Origin: a phage
Reading direction: 5' to 3' (one strand)
DNA length: 64,000 nucleotides
Sequence record: PZ445489.1
The notes under the pieces are model-generated. The model searched no databases, was not told the origin of the DNA, and saw only the letters and a list, made by a program, of their open reading frames with translations. The translations under genes were made by a program, and so were the position numbers. This document shows positions 50,756-59,963 of the stretch, piece after piece (position 1 is the first letter of the stretch; each line of letters opens with the position of its first letter).

Positions 50756-50784
50756 TTTGCCAATCTCTATTAAAAATTGTATAA
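50756..50784 (+). promoter_or_regulatory. Sigma70-type promoter (distal, divergent from nrdD)
   Basis: TTGCCA-17 nt-TATAAT. Confidence 0.5.
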
Positions 50785-50897
50785 TCACGCACTCGTGCAC
50801 GCGATATAAAATGATTATCTAGTATCACACATCTCACGTTAAAAGCAAGCAAATTTTTTATTTAAATGCAATATCATAGGCTTATTTAAAATTGTAG

Positions 50898-50926
50898 TTG
50901 CTTTTTACTGTATATATTGGTATAAT
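50898..50926 (+). promoter_or_regulatory. Sigma70-type promoter upstream of phoH-like gene
   Basis: TTGCTT-17 nt-TATAAT. Confidence 0.6.
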
Positions 50927-50999
50927 ATATTTGTAAGTTGATAAACAAGATCTTTTTGTTGATCCTCTGTTAGCGAAGTACACTATAGGAGTGTTATTT

Positions 51000-51752
51000 A
51001 TGGGAAAAGCACGTCAAAAAAGAGAGAACCGCAATGGTTCAAGAAAGCGTGGCAACAAATATGAGAATAACGTAATTCAGGCTGATTTTTCTAATGATTA
51101 CGCTAACCCAGTTGCTAAATCCCTAGTAGGTAAAAACCGCGAGCAAAAATCATATATCAATATGATCAAGAACAACACAGTGACTGTGGGTATCGGTGAG
51201 CCAGGTACTGGTAAAACCTTTATTCCGTCCGTTCTTGCAGCTCAGGAACTAGTAGACATTCACTCAGATATTGAGCAAGTGATTCTCGTACGTCCTAATG
51301 AACCTCTAGGTAAGTCTCTTGGTATGCTTCCTGGTGATCTAGCGGAAAAGCTAGAGCCTTGGTTGGAGCCAATAGCTGATGGTATGAAATGGGCCATCGG
51401 CGATCATGCATATAAAGGATATGTCGAACGTCAGAAAATTAAATTTTTGGCTATCGAACATGCTCGTGGCAGAACTTTCAACAACTCCTATGTAATTGTC
51501 GACGAAGCTCAGAATATTTCCGTTGAGGCAATGATTTGTCTCCTAACTCGTGTAGGGCAAGACTGCCGTTTAATTATCTGCGGAGATATAGCTCAGAAAG
51601 ACATTAAAGGTGACTCAGGTCTAGCACTCCTTCTGGAAGTCTATGAGAAATATGAAAATGCCCCATTCTCAATGATCGAATTGATTGATAACGTTCGTTC
51701 TGTTGAGTCTAAAGCATTCTATGACATTTTTAAAGACATGGGGAAGGTGTAA
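51000..51752 (+). CDS. phoH: PhoH-like ATPase
   Basis: Walker A GEPGTGKT, Walker B VIVDEAQN; start at ATG 51000 with AGGAG RBS (track start is an upstream GTG). Confidence 0.85.
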   Translation: MGKARQKRENRNGSRKRGNKYENNVIQADFSNDYANPVAKSLVGKNREQKSYINMIKNNTVTVGIGEPGTGKTFIPSVLAAQELVDIHSDIEQVILVRPNEPLGKSLGMLPGDLAEKLEPWLEPIADGMKWAIGDHAYKGYVERQKIKFLAIEHARGRTFNNSYVIVDEAQNISVEAMICLLTRVGQDCRLIICGDIAQKDIKGDSGLALLLEVYEKYENAPFSMIELIDNVRSVESKAFYDIFKDMGKV

Positions 51753-51753
51753 T

Positions 51754-51975
51754 ATGGGAAACGTCGTTCATCTGAGCCGTAAAACTAAAATACATCGTAC
51801 TTCACTGAGTGCTGCTAATATGATTACACGTAAGGAAGGGGAAGAAAGTCCTAAGACAACCCTAGCGTGGAAAATTGTAACCTCAAACCCAAATAAACCA
51901 TTCAATTATAACGAGCTGAGCACCTCCATAGATATTCTATTAAAAGAAGTAGCTAGAGCTAAAGTAATTGAATAA
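51754..51975 (+). CDS. Hypothetical small protein
   Basis: Start placed at ATG with GAAGGTG RBS; track start 51685 lies inside phoH. Confidence 0.4.
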   Translation: MGNVVHLSRKTKIHRTSLSAANMITRKEGEESPKTTLAWKIVTSNPNKPFNYNELSTSIDILLKEVARAKVIE

Positions 51976-52002
51976 GCTAAAAAGCTAGACTGGTAATATA
52001 CA

Positions 52003-52035
52003 GGCCTGGGTATGAAAATACTCGGGCCTTTTCTA
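52003..52035 (+). terminator. Rho-independent terminator upstream of nrdA promoter
   Basis: CCTGGGTAT-GAAA-ATACTCGGG hairpin (with G-U pairs) followed by TTTTC. Confidence 0.55.
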
Positions 52036-52049
52036 TCAGAAAATTTTAT

Positions 52050-52078
52050 TTGCCTAATGACCAATAATAATGTAGAAT
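52050..52078 (+). promoter_or_regulatory. Sigma70-type promoter for nrdA
   Basis: TTGCCT-17 nt-TAGAAT. Confidence 0.55.
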
Positions 52079-52116
52079 ATTCCTTAAATCCTGATAACTA
52101 TAAAAAGGAAAGCCAA

Positions 52117-54447
52117 ATGAGCCATCGCATTGAAAAAGTAATTAAACGTGACGGTACTGTAGAAGACTTTGCTCCTGAAAAACTCAATGGTTGGGCAGAG
52201 TATGGTTGCAAAACAGTTGATGTAAGTTGGTCAGCCATTACTATGGCTGCTCAAAAAACTCTACCTAAAGGGGTTGTAGATTCCGACACTCTGATGGACG
52301 CATTAATTAAAGCTGCTGAAAGTCTTATCAAAGATAATCCAGCATACGATGTGCCAGCAAAGGAATTACGTCTTGCGCAAATGCGTAAACGCCTTTATGA
52401 TTCTTTCGAACCACCCTCTCTACGCTTCTTCCATGACCATATGGTTAGCGTAGGTGCATGGGAAGACATGAGTGCATGGATTACCGATGAGCAATTTGAA
52501 GCTCTGAATCAGGTTATAGACCACGATCGTGACCGTCTTTTTACTAGTGGTGGACTGAAGCAGTTCTTTGATAAGTATTCCCGTCGTAACATAGCCACTG
52601 GTGAAATTTACGAAACCCCGCAGTTTGCCTACATGGGTATGGCAATGGCGATGTTATCTCAACCTAACTGGACAATTCTAGATGCAATCGACCTCTACAA
52701 CGCAATGTCACTCCACAAAATCAACGTTCCTACGCCGCCACTGGTTGGTCTGCGCTCTAGTGACCGTGGATTTGCTAGTTGCTGCCTCGTGGATTCCACT
52801 GACACGTTGGATTCAATCGACACCGCCGAGCACATCGTCTTCAAAATGGTCGCAGCCAGAGCGGGAATCGGGTATCATCTTGAAAGCCGATCAATTGCTG
52901 ATCCGGTGCGAAATGGGGCATTCCCACATTCCGGAAAACTGCCATATTATCGACACATTGACCGCTCAGTAAAGGCCAATACTCAGCAAACTCGTGGTGG
53001 TTCTGCCACAGTGTCTTATCCATACTTCGACCCTGAAATCATTCAATTGATGCAGGTTAAGCAACAACGTGCTACAGATGAGAATAAAATCGATAAGATG
53101 GATTATTCTCTGAGCTTTAACAATCTTTTGTTAAAACGTTATCTTAAAAACGAGGATATTACGCTAATGTCATACTTCTATGCTCCAGAAGTTCATGAAG
53201 CGTTTTATAGTGATGACGAGGCTAAATTTGAAGAAATCTACGTGGCAGCGGAGAAACGTGTGGCATCTCTTACAAAGATCGACCACGAAGGAAAAACAGT
53301 TCCTGCAGCTCCTAAAGTCTCTGCAAAAGAAATCCTAGATACTTGGCTACGTATCCGAATGGAAACAGGACGTATGTATGCTCATCACATCGGGGAATCT
53401 AATCGTCACGGTAACTTCCTTGATCCAATCCGTATGACAAACCTTTGTGTTGAAATTACTCAGCCTACGCGCCCGTTCCATCATATCACAGAACTGTATA
53501 AGACAAAAGAGCAGCTTGATCAAATGAAGCCGGAGGATATTGGTGAAGTATCTCTGTGTAACTTAGGTGGTGTTGTACTGGGGCGCATGGAATCTCTGGC
53601 TGAGTGGGAAAAAACTTGCTACATCCTCCTGAAATTCGTTGATACAATTATTGAAATTCAGGATTATCCGTTCCCAACTATGGAATATACGGCTAAGAAA
53701 CGTCGTAATGTTGGTATTGGCCTAATGAACGCAGCAGGTGCAATGGCAGCAGAAGGTCTGGCTTATGAAGGTATTGAAGCCCGTAACTGGATTCACCGTG
53801 AGGCTGAAAAACTGTCCTACTTCCTGCATAAAGCCTCTGTACGCCTAGCTAAAGAACAGGGTGCATGTGAGTGGTTTGATCGTACTAAACCATCTAAAGG
53901 AATTCTGGTAATCGACACGTACAAGAAAACTGTTGATGAACTGGTATCCGTAGGTCTAGAAATGGATTGGGAGTCTCTGCGTGCAGATATTCTGAAATAC
54001 GGTATGCGTAACTCTGTTCTGACTGCTCAGATGCCAGGAGAAAGTTCTTCTGTTCTGTTAGGTGTTACTAATTCTATTGAACCGCCTCGTAAGATTGTAT
54101 CTATCAAGGGTAGTGCAGTGAATAAAGTAATTGCAATTGCTCCGGGTGCAACCGATTGGGAAACGTTAATGAGCTATAAACTGGCTTATGATGTAGATCG
54201 TATCGAGTGGATCAAATGGGTAGCAACTATGCAGAAATTCTTCAGTCAGTCTATCAGTACGAATATGTACTATGACTACACCAAGTTTGAGAATGAAATC
54301 ATTCCTGGTCCAGTAGTAGTTCGTGATTTCATGACTGCTGTTAAGTATGGGTGGAAGACTTTCTACTACGCAAACTTCAACACCGCTAATGGTGGTGGTG
54401 CAGGGGAAGAATCCGCAGGCTGCGCTTCTGGTGGTTGTACCATCTAA
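52117..54447 (+). CDS. nrdA: Ribonucleoside-diphosphate reductase alpha subunit (class Ia)
   Basis: N-terminal ATP-cone, catalytic cysteines, C-terminal CASGGC tail; start at ATG 52117 with AAGGAA RBS (track extension covers terminator and promoter). Confidence 0.9.
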   Translation: MSHRIEKVIKRDGTVEDFAPEKLNGWAEYGCKTVDVSWSAITMAAQKTLPKGVVDSDTLMDALIKAAESLIKDNPAYDVPAKELRLAQMRKRLYDSFEPPSLRFFHDHMVSVGAWEDMSAWITDEQFEALNQVIDHDRDRLFTSGGLKQFFDKYSRRNIATGEIYETPQFAYMGMAMAMLSQPNWTILDAIDLYNAMSLHKINVPTPPLVGLRSSDRGFASCCLVDSTDTLDSIDTAEHIVFKMVAARAGIGYHLESRSIADPVRNGAFPHSGKLPYYRHIDRSVKANTQQTRGGSATVSYPYFDPEIIQLMQVKQQRATDENKIDKMDYSLSFNNLLLKRYLKNEDITLMSYFYAPEVHEAFYSDDEAKFEEIYVAAEKRVASLTKIDHEGKTVPAAPKVSAKEILDTWLRIRMETGRMYAHHIGESNRHGNFLDPIRMTNLCVEITQPTRPFHHITELYKTKEQLDQMKPEDIGEVSLCNLGGVVLGRMESLAEWEKTCYILLKFVDTIIEIQDYPFPTMEYTAKKRRNVGIGLMNAAGAMAAEGLAYEGIEARNWIHREAEKLSYFLHKASVRLAKEQGACEWFDRTKPSKGILVIDTYKKTVDELVSVGLEMDWESLRADILKYGMRNSVLTAQMPGESSSVLLGVTNSIEPPRKIVSIKGSAVNKVIAIAPGATDWETLMSYKLAYDVDRIEWIKWVATMQKFFSQSISTNMYYDYTKFENEIIPGPVVVRDFMTAVKYGWKTFYYANFNTANGGGAGEESAGCASGGCTI

Positions 54448-54455
54448 TATTAACA

Positions 54456-54478
54456 AGGGGACATACGTCCCCTTTATT
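54456..54478 (+). terminator. Rho-independent terminator after nrdA
   Basis: AGGGGAC-ATAC-GTCCCCT hairpin followed by TTATT. Confidence 0.7.
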
Positions 54479-54506
54479 AGACCTTCTATGGCTGTAATTT
54501 TAAATT

Positions 54507-54989
54507 ATGGAAGAAAAATACAAAGAAATAGTGGGGTTATTTGATTATAATCCAGAAACAGGGATATTTACCCATAAAGCTAGAGAAGATAAATCCTTCA
54601 ATACTAGATTTGCTGGCAAAGAAGCTGGTTCTCTAGAAAAATGCTCTGGATATATTGTAATGCAAGTAAAAGGCACTAAGTATTACGCGCATATCCTAGC
54701 ATTCCTTATCGTTAATGGGTATATTCCAAAGGAAGTAGATCACGATAATAGAATACGGCACGATAACCGAGCTATTAATTTAAAGGCCTCTGACAGACAC
54801 AGTAATGGTAAAAATGTCGGGGCGCACAAAGATAATAAATTAGGTATTAAAAATATTCACCAAAAAGCGAGTGGATCTTACCAGGTACAGATAGCCCGTA
54901 AAGGTGTAAAATATACTAAAACATTCAAAGAACTTGAGGATGCTATAGAGTGGCGCGATATGAAACTATTGGAGCTTGATAGTTTATAA
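54507..54989 (+). CDS. HNH homing endonuclease with AP2-like DNA-binding domain
   Basis: 160 aa; HNH core DHDNRIRHDNRAINL; C-terminal segment resembling AP2-type domain; inserted between nrdA and nrdB. Confidence 0.7.
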   Translation: MEEKYKEIVGLFDYNPETGIFTHKAREDKSFNTRFAGKEAGSLEKCSGYIVMQVKGTKYYAHILAFLIVNGYIPKEVDHDNRIRHDNRAINLKASDRHSNGKNVGAHKDNKLGIKNIHQKASGSYQVQIARKGVKYTKTFKELEDAIEWRDMKLLELDSL

Positions 54990-54995
54990 TTTTAC

Positions 54996-55024
54996 TTGCT
55001 AATCGCTACCAGATTTGCTATAAT
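54996..55024 (+). promoter_or_regulatory. Sigma70-type promoter for nrdB
   Basis: TTGCTA-17 nt-TATAAT. Confidence 0.6.
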
Positions 55025-55055
55025 ATTCCTGAAATAGTGAGAAAGAGGAAAATCA

Positions 55056-56201
55056 ATGACTACTTTACTAAACCTGAATTGGGATCATACTAATGCTGAC
55101 CTTTTCCTGGGAGATTCTCTCGGTATCGCAGATTATGTACGTGTAGCACATCCAGAACTAGAACGTCTGGCACTTCTGCAACGCTCTCAATTTTGGACTG
55201 AAACTGAGATCAGTCTGGAAGCAGATAAGAAACAATGGCCTAACCTCCCACGGGAAATTCAGGAAATTACACTCCTGAACTTAGCATGGCAGACTCAAAC
55301 AGACTCCTTTATCAGTCGTGCTCCTGAAGCAGCTATTATGCCACTTGTAAGTCGTCCAGAATTGGAAGGTATGCTCAAACAGTGGAGCTATTTTGAAGAC
55401 CTGCATAGTCGTGCTTATAGCAATATTATTCGTAATGTGCTGACTGACCCAGCAGAATTTATTGATTCTGTAACCAAAAACCAAGAAGCATTCGCACGCA
55501 TCGCTGATTCTGTTGAACTATTCGATGAACTGTACCTGTTAGGTCAGTATTTCATTGCAGTACGCGATCATCGTGGCGACAATACATACCCAGAAACTGA
55601 GTTCCCTGAAGTTAAACGTGAAACTCAGGCTAAACTATTAGACGCTTACTTTGCGATCTACGGTCTGGAAGCAATGCAGTTTTACGCATCCTTTGCATGT
55701 ACCTTTGCATTAGCAGAGAATGATATTCTGCAAGGTATTGCTAAAAATCTGCAATTAATCGCTAAAGATGAAGCTCTGCATACTCAGATGTCCAAAGCAA
55801 TCATCCAGATTATGTTTCAGCAATTTGACAAAGATCTGGTAGATGAAGCAGTGGCTAAAGCACCAGCACAGCTCCTGAAAACTCTGAAAACTGAAATTGA
55901 ATGGGGTCATTTCATTTTCAAAGGTCGTAGTCTGATTGGCTTGAACGCAGAACTTCTAGAAGAATATCTGTACTTTGTGGGGCGTAATGCATTTATGCAC
56001 ATTGGTGTAGAATGGCCTAGTCACTTACCAGTAATCACCAAAAACCCTATTCCGTGGATCATGAACTGGTTGGATACTACTTCTCTACAGCCTGCTCCAC
56101 AAGAAATTCAGATTGGTGCAGCTTACCGTGTAGGTCAGGTAACTGAGACATCTACTGATACTCTGAAAGATCTGGGTAATGAATTTGGAGATTTCTTATG
56201 A
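55056..56201 (+). CDS. nrdB: Ribonucleoside-diphosphate reductase beta subunit (class Ia)
   Basis: 381 aa; di-iron ligand EDLH-type motifs and radical-site tyrosine region. Confidence 0.9.
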   Translation: MTTLLNLNWDHTNADLFLGDSLGIADYVRVAHPELERLALLQRSQFWTETEISLEADKKQWPNLPREIQEITLLNLAWQTQTDSFISRAPEAAIMPLVSRPELEGMLKQWSYFEDLHSRAYSNIIRNVLTDPAEFIDSVTKNQEAFARIADSVELFDELYLLGQYFIAVRDHRGDNTYPETEFPEVKRETQAKLLDAYFAIYGLEAMQFYASFACTFALAENDILQGIAKNLQLIAKDEALHTQMSKAIIQIMFQQFDKDLVDEAVAKAPAQLLKTLKTEIEWGHFIFKGRSLIGLNAELLEEYLYFVGRNAFMHIGVEWPSHLPVITKNPIPWIMNWLDTTSLQPAPQEIQIGAAYRVGQVTETSTDTLKDLGNEFGDFL

Positions 56202-56731
56202 TTACAGCAATGTATGCAGTTGGGCCGAATGGGGAGTTCGGCCTCCGCGGTAAACTTCCATGGGGTTCCTTCAAAGAAGAACTAGATGCTTTCTATTCTC
56301 AACTGGACGTGTTGAATCCAGATAACATCATCATTGGTGCGGGTACTTATTTAGCTCTTCCATACGCCGTTAGAGAACGTATGATTGGAGCTTCTGACCT
56401 ATTTATTCGTGCTGATCGTCCACTGCCAGACGATATTACACATGATATTTACACTCCAATTTCTAAGATTGGGGATGCTTTACCTACATTTCTGAAAGAT
56501 CAGCAGACAGTAGTTCTAGGTGGGGCTAACCTTCTTCTAGAAATGTATATTCATGGACATATTGAAAGTGCTTTTGTATCCACAATCTTTAGTGATCAAA
56601 AACTAGAGGCAGATGTACATCTGGATAATACGATTCTAGATTACAACTACGAATCTACTCGTTTAGTTTACGCAACTGGCGCAAACAGTGATAACAGCCT
56701 GCGATTTGTACAGGAATTGGTTACTTATTAA
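56198..56731 (+). CDS. frd: Dihydrofolate reductase
   Basis: 177 aa; N-terminal MYAVGPNGEFG...LPW motif; overlaps nrdB stop and thyA start. Confidence 0.8.
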   Translation: MITAMYAVGPNGEFGLRGKLPWGSFKEELDAFYSQLDVLNPDNIIIGAGTYLALPYAVRERMIGASDLFIRADRPLPDDITHDIYTPISKIGDALPTFLKDQQTVVLGGANLLLEMYIHGHIESAFVSTIFSDQKLEADVHLDNTILDYNYESTRLVYATGANSDNSLRFVQELVTY

Positions 56732-57570
56732 TGCAACAATACTTAAAAATTTTGACAGATGTAACTTTACTAGGTGAACCCCGTAATGACCGTACAGGAA
56801 CGGGCACAGTTTCAATTTTTGATTCCTATGCTAAGTTCGACCTACGTGAGGGATTCCCGGCTGTAACTACTAAACGCCTGGCCTGGAAATCAGTAGTAGG
56901 AGAACTCTTATGGTTCTTGTCTGGTTCCACAAATCTCCATGATCTACGTGTATTCACATTTGGTCGTGACGAAGGACAGTGGACCATCTGGACTCCAAAT
57001 TATGAAGACCAAGCTATAAGTATGGGGTATGATAAGGGTAATCTAGGACCAGTATATGGTAAACAGTGGCGCAACTTTGGTGGGCGAGATCAGATTCTAG
57101 AACTTATTGAAGGACTCAAGAATAATCCTCATGGCCGCAGACATCTAGTTTCTGCATGGAACGTAGCTGAACTTGATAAAATGGCATTACCACCCTGTCA
57201 CTACGGCTTCCAGTGCTATGTAAGCAACGATGGATACCTAGATCTTAAATGGACACAACGTTCTGTAGACTGTTTTCTAGGCCTACCTTTCAATATTGCT
57301 AGTTATGCTTTATTAACACATATCCTGGCAAAACTGACCGGGTTAAAACCTCGCTACCTTATCTTTAGTGGCGGTGATACTCATATCTATAATGACCATA
57401 TGGAACAGGTAGAAGAACAGGTAAAACGTAAACCTCGTTCTTTACCAACTCTAGTAATGCCAGAATTTGTAGATCTCTACGATTTACTGGAGAATAATAC
57501 TGCAGCTTGGTCATTCCATTTAGAGGGGTACGATCCTCACCCAGCTCTTAAAGCTAAGATGTCTTCTTAA
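56731..57570 (+). CDS. thyA: Thymidylate synthase
   Basis: 279 aa; active-site PPCHYGFQCYV and LPFNIASYALLTH motifs. Confidence 0.9.
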   Translation: MQQYLKILTDVTLLGEPRNDRTGTGTVSIFDSYAKFDLREGFPAVTTKRLAWKSVVGELLWFLSGSTNLHDLRVFTFGRDEGQWTIWTPNYEDQAISMGYDKGNLGPVYGKQWRNFGGRDQILELIEGLKNNPHGRRHLVSAWNVAELDKMALPPCHYGFQCYVSNDGYLDLKWTQRSVDCFLGLPFNIASYALLTHILAKLTGLKPRYLIFSGGDTHIYNDHMEQVEEQVKRKPRSLPTLVMPEFVDLYDLLENNTAAWSFHLEGYDPHPALKAKMSS

Positions 57571-57576
57571 CTCAAA

Positions 57577-57602
57577 TAGCCCTTTCGGGGGCTATTATAT
57601 TT
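57577..57602 (+). terminator. Rho-independent terminator after thyA
   Basis: ATAGCC-CTTTCGG-GGCTAT hairpin followed by TATATTT. Confidence 0.65.
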
Positions 57603-57611
57603 AAATTTCAT

Positions 57612-57640
57612 TTGCTTATTTAGTGAAATTTAAATATAAT
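57612..57640 (+). promoter_or_regulatory. Early sigma70-type promoter
   Basis: TTGCTT-17 nt-TATAAT with downstream TTTTATAAATTGGAGG. Confidence 0.65.
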
Positions 57641-57665
57641 ATATTTTATAAATTGGAGGTATACA

Positions 57666-57947
57666 ATGATTTCAGCCAAAGAAGCCCAAGAACTTGCAGG
57701 ATTAACAGAAGTACCCGCATTTCTAAAGTTTATAGAAGAAAAGATTGTAGAAGCTGCTAAGTCTGGAAATACAGAAGTAATTATTCGAGATAATCCTTAC
57801 GCTAGGTGGCTATATAATCCTAGAGAAATGCCAGGAGCAGCTAAATCGGTACTAAAAACCTTATCGGATAAGGGGTATCATCTCTCACAATACTACCGAG
57901 AAGCCGCCTTTGTAGACATGGGTCTTAAAATTAGTTGGGAGGTATAA
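57666..57947 (+). CDS. Hypothetical protein
   Basis: 93 aa ORF after promoter with GGAGG RBS. Confidence 0.45.
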   Translation: MISAKEAQELAGLTEVPAFLKFIEEKIVEAAKSGNTEVIIRDNPYARWLYNPREMPGAAKSVLKTLSDKGYHLSQYYREAAFVDMGLKISWEV

Positions 57948-58423
57948 TGTCGGTTTTCCACATTTATACAGATGGTGCTTGTAAGTCTAACCCAGGTCCA
58001 GGTGCCTGGGGTTTTATTGTCTATGATGATAACGACGATCGTTTAGGTTCTAAATCTGGTTATAATCCTAAAACTACAAATAATGAGATGGAACTCACAG
58101 CTATCGTAGAAGCCCTACGTTGGTCTGTTAAAAAAGATAATAGACCAATTGCTATCTATACTGACTCTGCTTATTGCAAAAATGGTATGGAAAGTTGGAT
58201 GTTTTCTTGGCAAAGGAAAGGCTGGAAGAAAGCAGATGGTGAAGTTCCTCTTAATCTAGAACTTTGGCAGGAAGCATTTAAATTAACACAGCAGTATATC
58301 AACTTTCATAATACTAATCCTACCTTTATTAAGGTTAAAGGACATTCTGGTATTAGTGGTAATGAAGCTGTAGATGCATTGTGTAACACAGTTATTACTG
58401 AGCAAGAACTTGCCGAGATGTGA
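57947..58423 (+). CDS. rnh: Ribonuclease H
   Basis: IYTDGACKSNPGPGAWGFIV...MELTAI motifs; ATG overlaps upstream stop (TAATG), GGGAGG RBS. Confidence 0.85.
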   Translation: MSVFHIYTDGACKSNPGPGAWGFIVYDDNDDRLGSKSGYNPKTTNNEMELTAIVEALRWSVKKDNRPIAIYTDSAYCKNGMESWMFSWQRKGWKKADGEVPLNLELWQEAFKLTQQYINFHNTNPTFIKVKGHSGISGNEAVDALCNTVITEQELAEM

Positions 58424-58442
58424 TAAATAAATTAAAAATCTT

Positions 58443-58471
58443 CTTGCTTAAAGCCCTCTAATTTAGTATAA
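58443..58471 (+). promoter_or_regulatory. Early sigma70-type promoter
   Basis: TTGCTT-17 nt-TATAAT. Confidence 0.65.
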
Positions 58472-58499
58472 TATTCGTATTGAAAGTGAGGAGGGCTTT

Positions 58500-58778
58500 A
58501 TGCGAATTTATAACTCAAATTCATTAGGATTTAAACCGTTGAGAAAACGTGCACAATCACCTCGTCAAATAAGAAAGGCTAATATTGGTGAGCCAGAGAC
58601 ACGTCTTCCGCCTCCTCCAGAACAACGTTTAGTTTATCTGGACGAAGAGTTAGCTGAACGCGAAAGAAAAGCTCAAGAAGAGATTGAGCGTAAGAAAATG
58701 TGTACTGCTCCAGCGTATAATAAAGGAGCGTATCAATATGTTTCCGACGCAGAACAAGCTAAGATGGTTGGTAGATAA
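58500..58778 (+). CDS. Hypothetical protein
   Basis: 92 aa; GAGGAGG RBS; proline/charged-rich. Confidence 0.5.
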   Translation: MRIYNSNSLGFKPLRKRAQSPRQIRKANIGEPETRLPPPPEQRLVYLDEELAERERKAQEEIERKKMCTAPAYNKGAYQYVSDAEQAKMVGR

Positions 58779-58794
58779 TTTTTAAAAAATTCAT

Positions 58795-58823
58795 TTGCTA
58801 AACGCTTCAAATTCTTGTATAAT
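58795..58823 (+). promoter_or_regulatory. Early sigma70-type promoter
   Basis: TTGCTA-17 nt-TATAAT with downstream TTCATAAATTGAT box. Confidence 0.65.
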
Positions 58824-58861
58824 ATACTTCATAAATTGATAAACAAAAAGGAAAACAAATA

Positions 58862-59377
58862 ATGGCTAAGCAGAAAAACGCAAAAACTCAAGCAGCTACT
58901 ACAGTTAAAACTTTCCCGCAGACTGAGGCTAACCGCAAAGCTCGTCTGGAACGCCACCTGCGCAAGCACCCTACTGATGCTCAAGCTGCACAGGCACTGA
59001 ATCGTCCGGCTCCGATTCGTCAAAAGCCGAAGGCTAAGAACGCTACTCGTTCTGTAGCCCGCCTTGTGACCTATGTACAAGGTTATGGTCACAAATCTGT
59101 TCCAGTAACACTGAGTTTCAATGCTGGTGCAGAATTGTTCCCTCGTAATGGCATGGCCATGAAAGATTACGAGAAAGCAGTTAACCAGAAACGCAAACCA
59201 ACGGCAGATGTACTGCGTGATGCTCGTGGACAGTTTGGTTCTGTTAAGCCAAATATCTTCGGTGTAGAGTATAGCAAAGATAACGTTCGTGCTCTGTGTT
59301 ACGGTGTAGGCATTAAGTTCACGGGTGATTCTGCTCGTAAATCTGCTAAACCAGCTCGCAAGCGTAAAGCGAAGTAA
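58862..59377 (+). CDS. Hypothetical basic protein (possible nucleic-acid-binding)
   Basis: 171 aa, Lys/Arg-rich, host-optimal codon usage suggesting high expression. Confidence 0.5.
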   Translation: MAKQKNAKTQAATTVKTFPQTEANRKARLERHLRKHPTDAQAAQALNRPAPIRQKPKAKNATRSVARLVTYVQGYGHKSVPVTLSFNAGAELFPRNGMAMKDYEKAVNQKRKPTADVLRDARGQFGSVKPNIFGVEYSKDNVRALCYGVGIKFTGDSARKSAKPARKRKAK

Positions 59378-59441
59378 TAGATAAGTAGGGGCGAAAGCCC
59401 CTACAATCTACTAATTCTCTAACTAATCAAGGATATTTTTT

Positions 59442-59657
59442 ATGTTCTCTAAGAAACCACGTTCTGTTACTGAAATCGTTGCTTCCTTTACCACTATCAC
59501 TGATGAGCTTCAAGCTCGTATTGAGGCTGATCAAAAAATCGCAGCTGATATTCAGAAACAGCAGGAAGAACTCGCTTTAAAGTTGGCTGAAACTAACAAG
59601 AGTGAAAAGTCTGCCCAAACTATTATGGAAAATATCCTTAAACTGCTGGGCAAGTGA
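59442..59657 (+). CDS. Hypothetical small coiled-coil protein
   Basis: 71 aa ORF flanked by GNRA-type hairpins. Confidence 0.45.
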   Translation: MFSKKPRSVTEIVASFTTITDELQARIEADQKIAADIQKQQEELALKLAETNKSEKSAQTIMENILKLLGK

Positions 59658-59665
59658 TTTAAATC

Positions 59666-59688
59666 AGGGGGCGAAAGCCCCTCTTATT
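59666..59688 (+). terminator. Terminator-like GGGGC-GAAA-GCCCC hairpin
   Basis: Hairpin followed by TCTTATTT. Confidence 0.5.
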
Positions 59689-59698
59689 TGGAGAAACT

Positions 59699-59935
59699 AT
59701 GCGTAATTTTGTAGCAAAGAATGATTTTAACCGTGCTAGCACCCATAAGTCCACTAGAGATTATACACGACTTTCTAGTCATGAGGTAATGGATACCTGT
59801 TATGAAGAGCTGGAAGGTAGCTGGAATGAATGGCCTGACTTTTCTATGGAAGAGAACTGGGATGTCAGTGAGGATATGCTTCCTGGTTTTAAAGACCCCA
59901 AGAAGTGGGAGTCTATTAAAGAGACAGCTCTTTAA
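59699..59935 (+). CDS. Hypothetical acidic Trp-rich small protein
   Basis: 78 aa; acidic stretch EELEGSWNEWPDFSMEENWDVSEDM. Confidence 0.45.
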   Translation: MRNFVAKNDFNRASTHKSTRDYTRLSSHEVMDTCYEELEGSWNEWPDFSMEENWDVSEDMLPGFKDPKKWESIKETAL

Positions 59936-59963
59936 TAGTTTTCTACACAATAAAGGATAAGTT

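Noticed and set aside
52012-52116. Upstream extension of nrdA in the ORF track
   Set aside because: The extension runs through a terminator hairpin and a promoter. An ATG with AAGGAA RBS at 52117 gives the conserved N-terminus.
58449-58500. Inverted repeat AAGCCCTC / GAGGGCTT spanning a promoter spacer and the downstream RBS, as a possible RBS-sequestering hairpin
   Set aside because: The 5' arm lies in the promoter spacer upstream of the likely transcription start, so it would not be in the mRNA.
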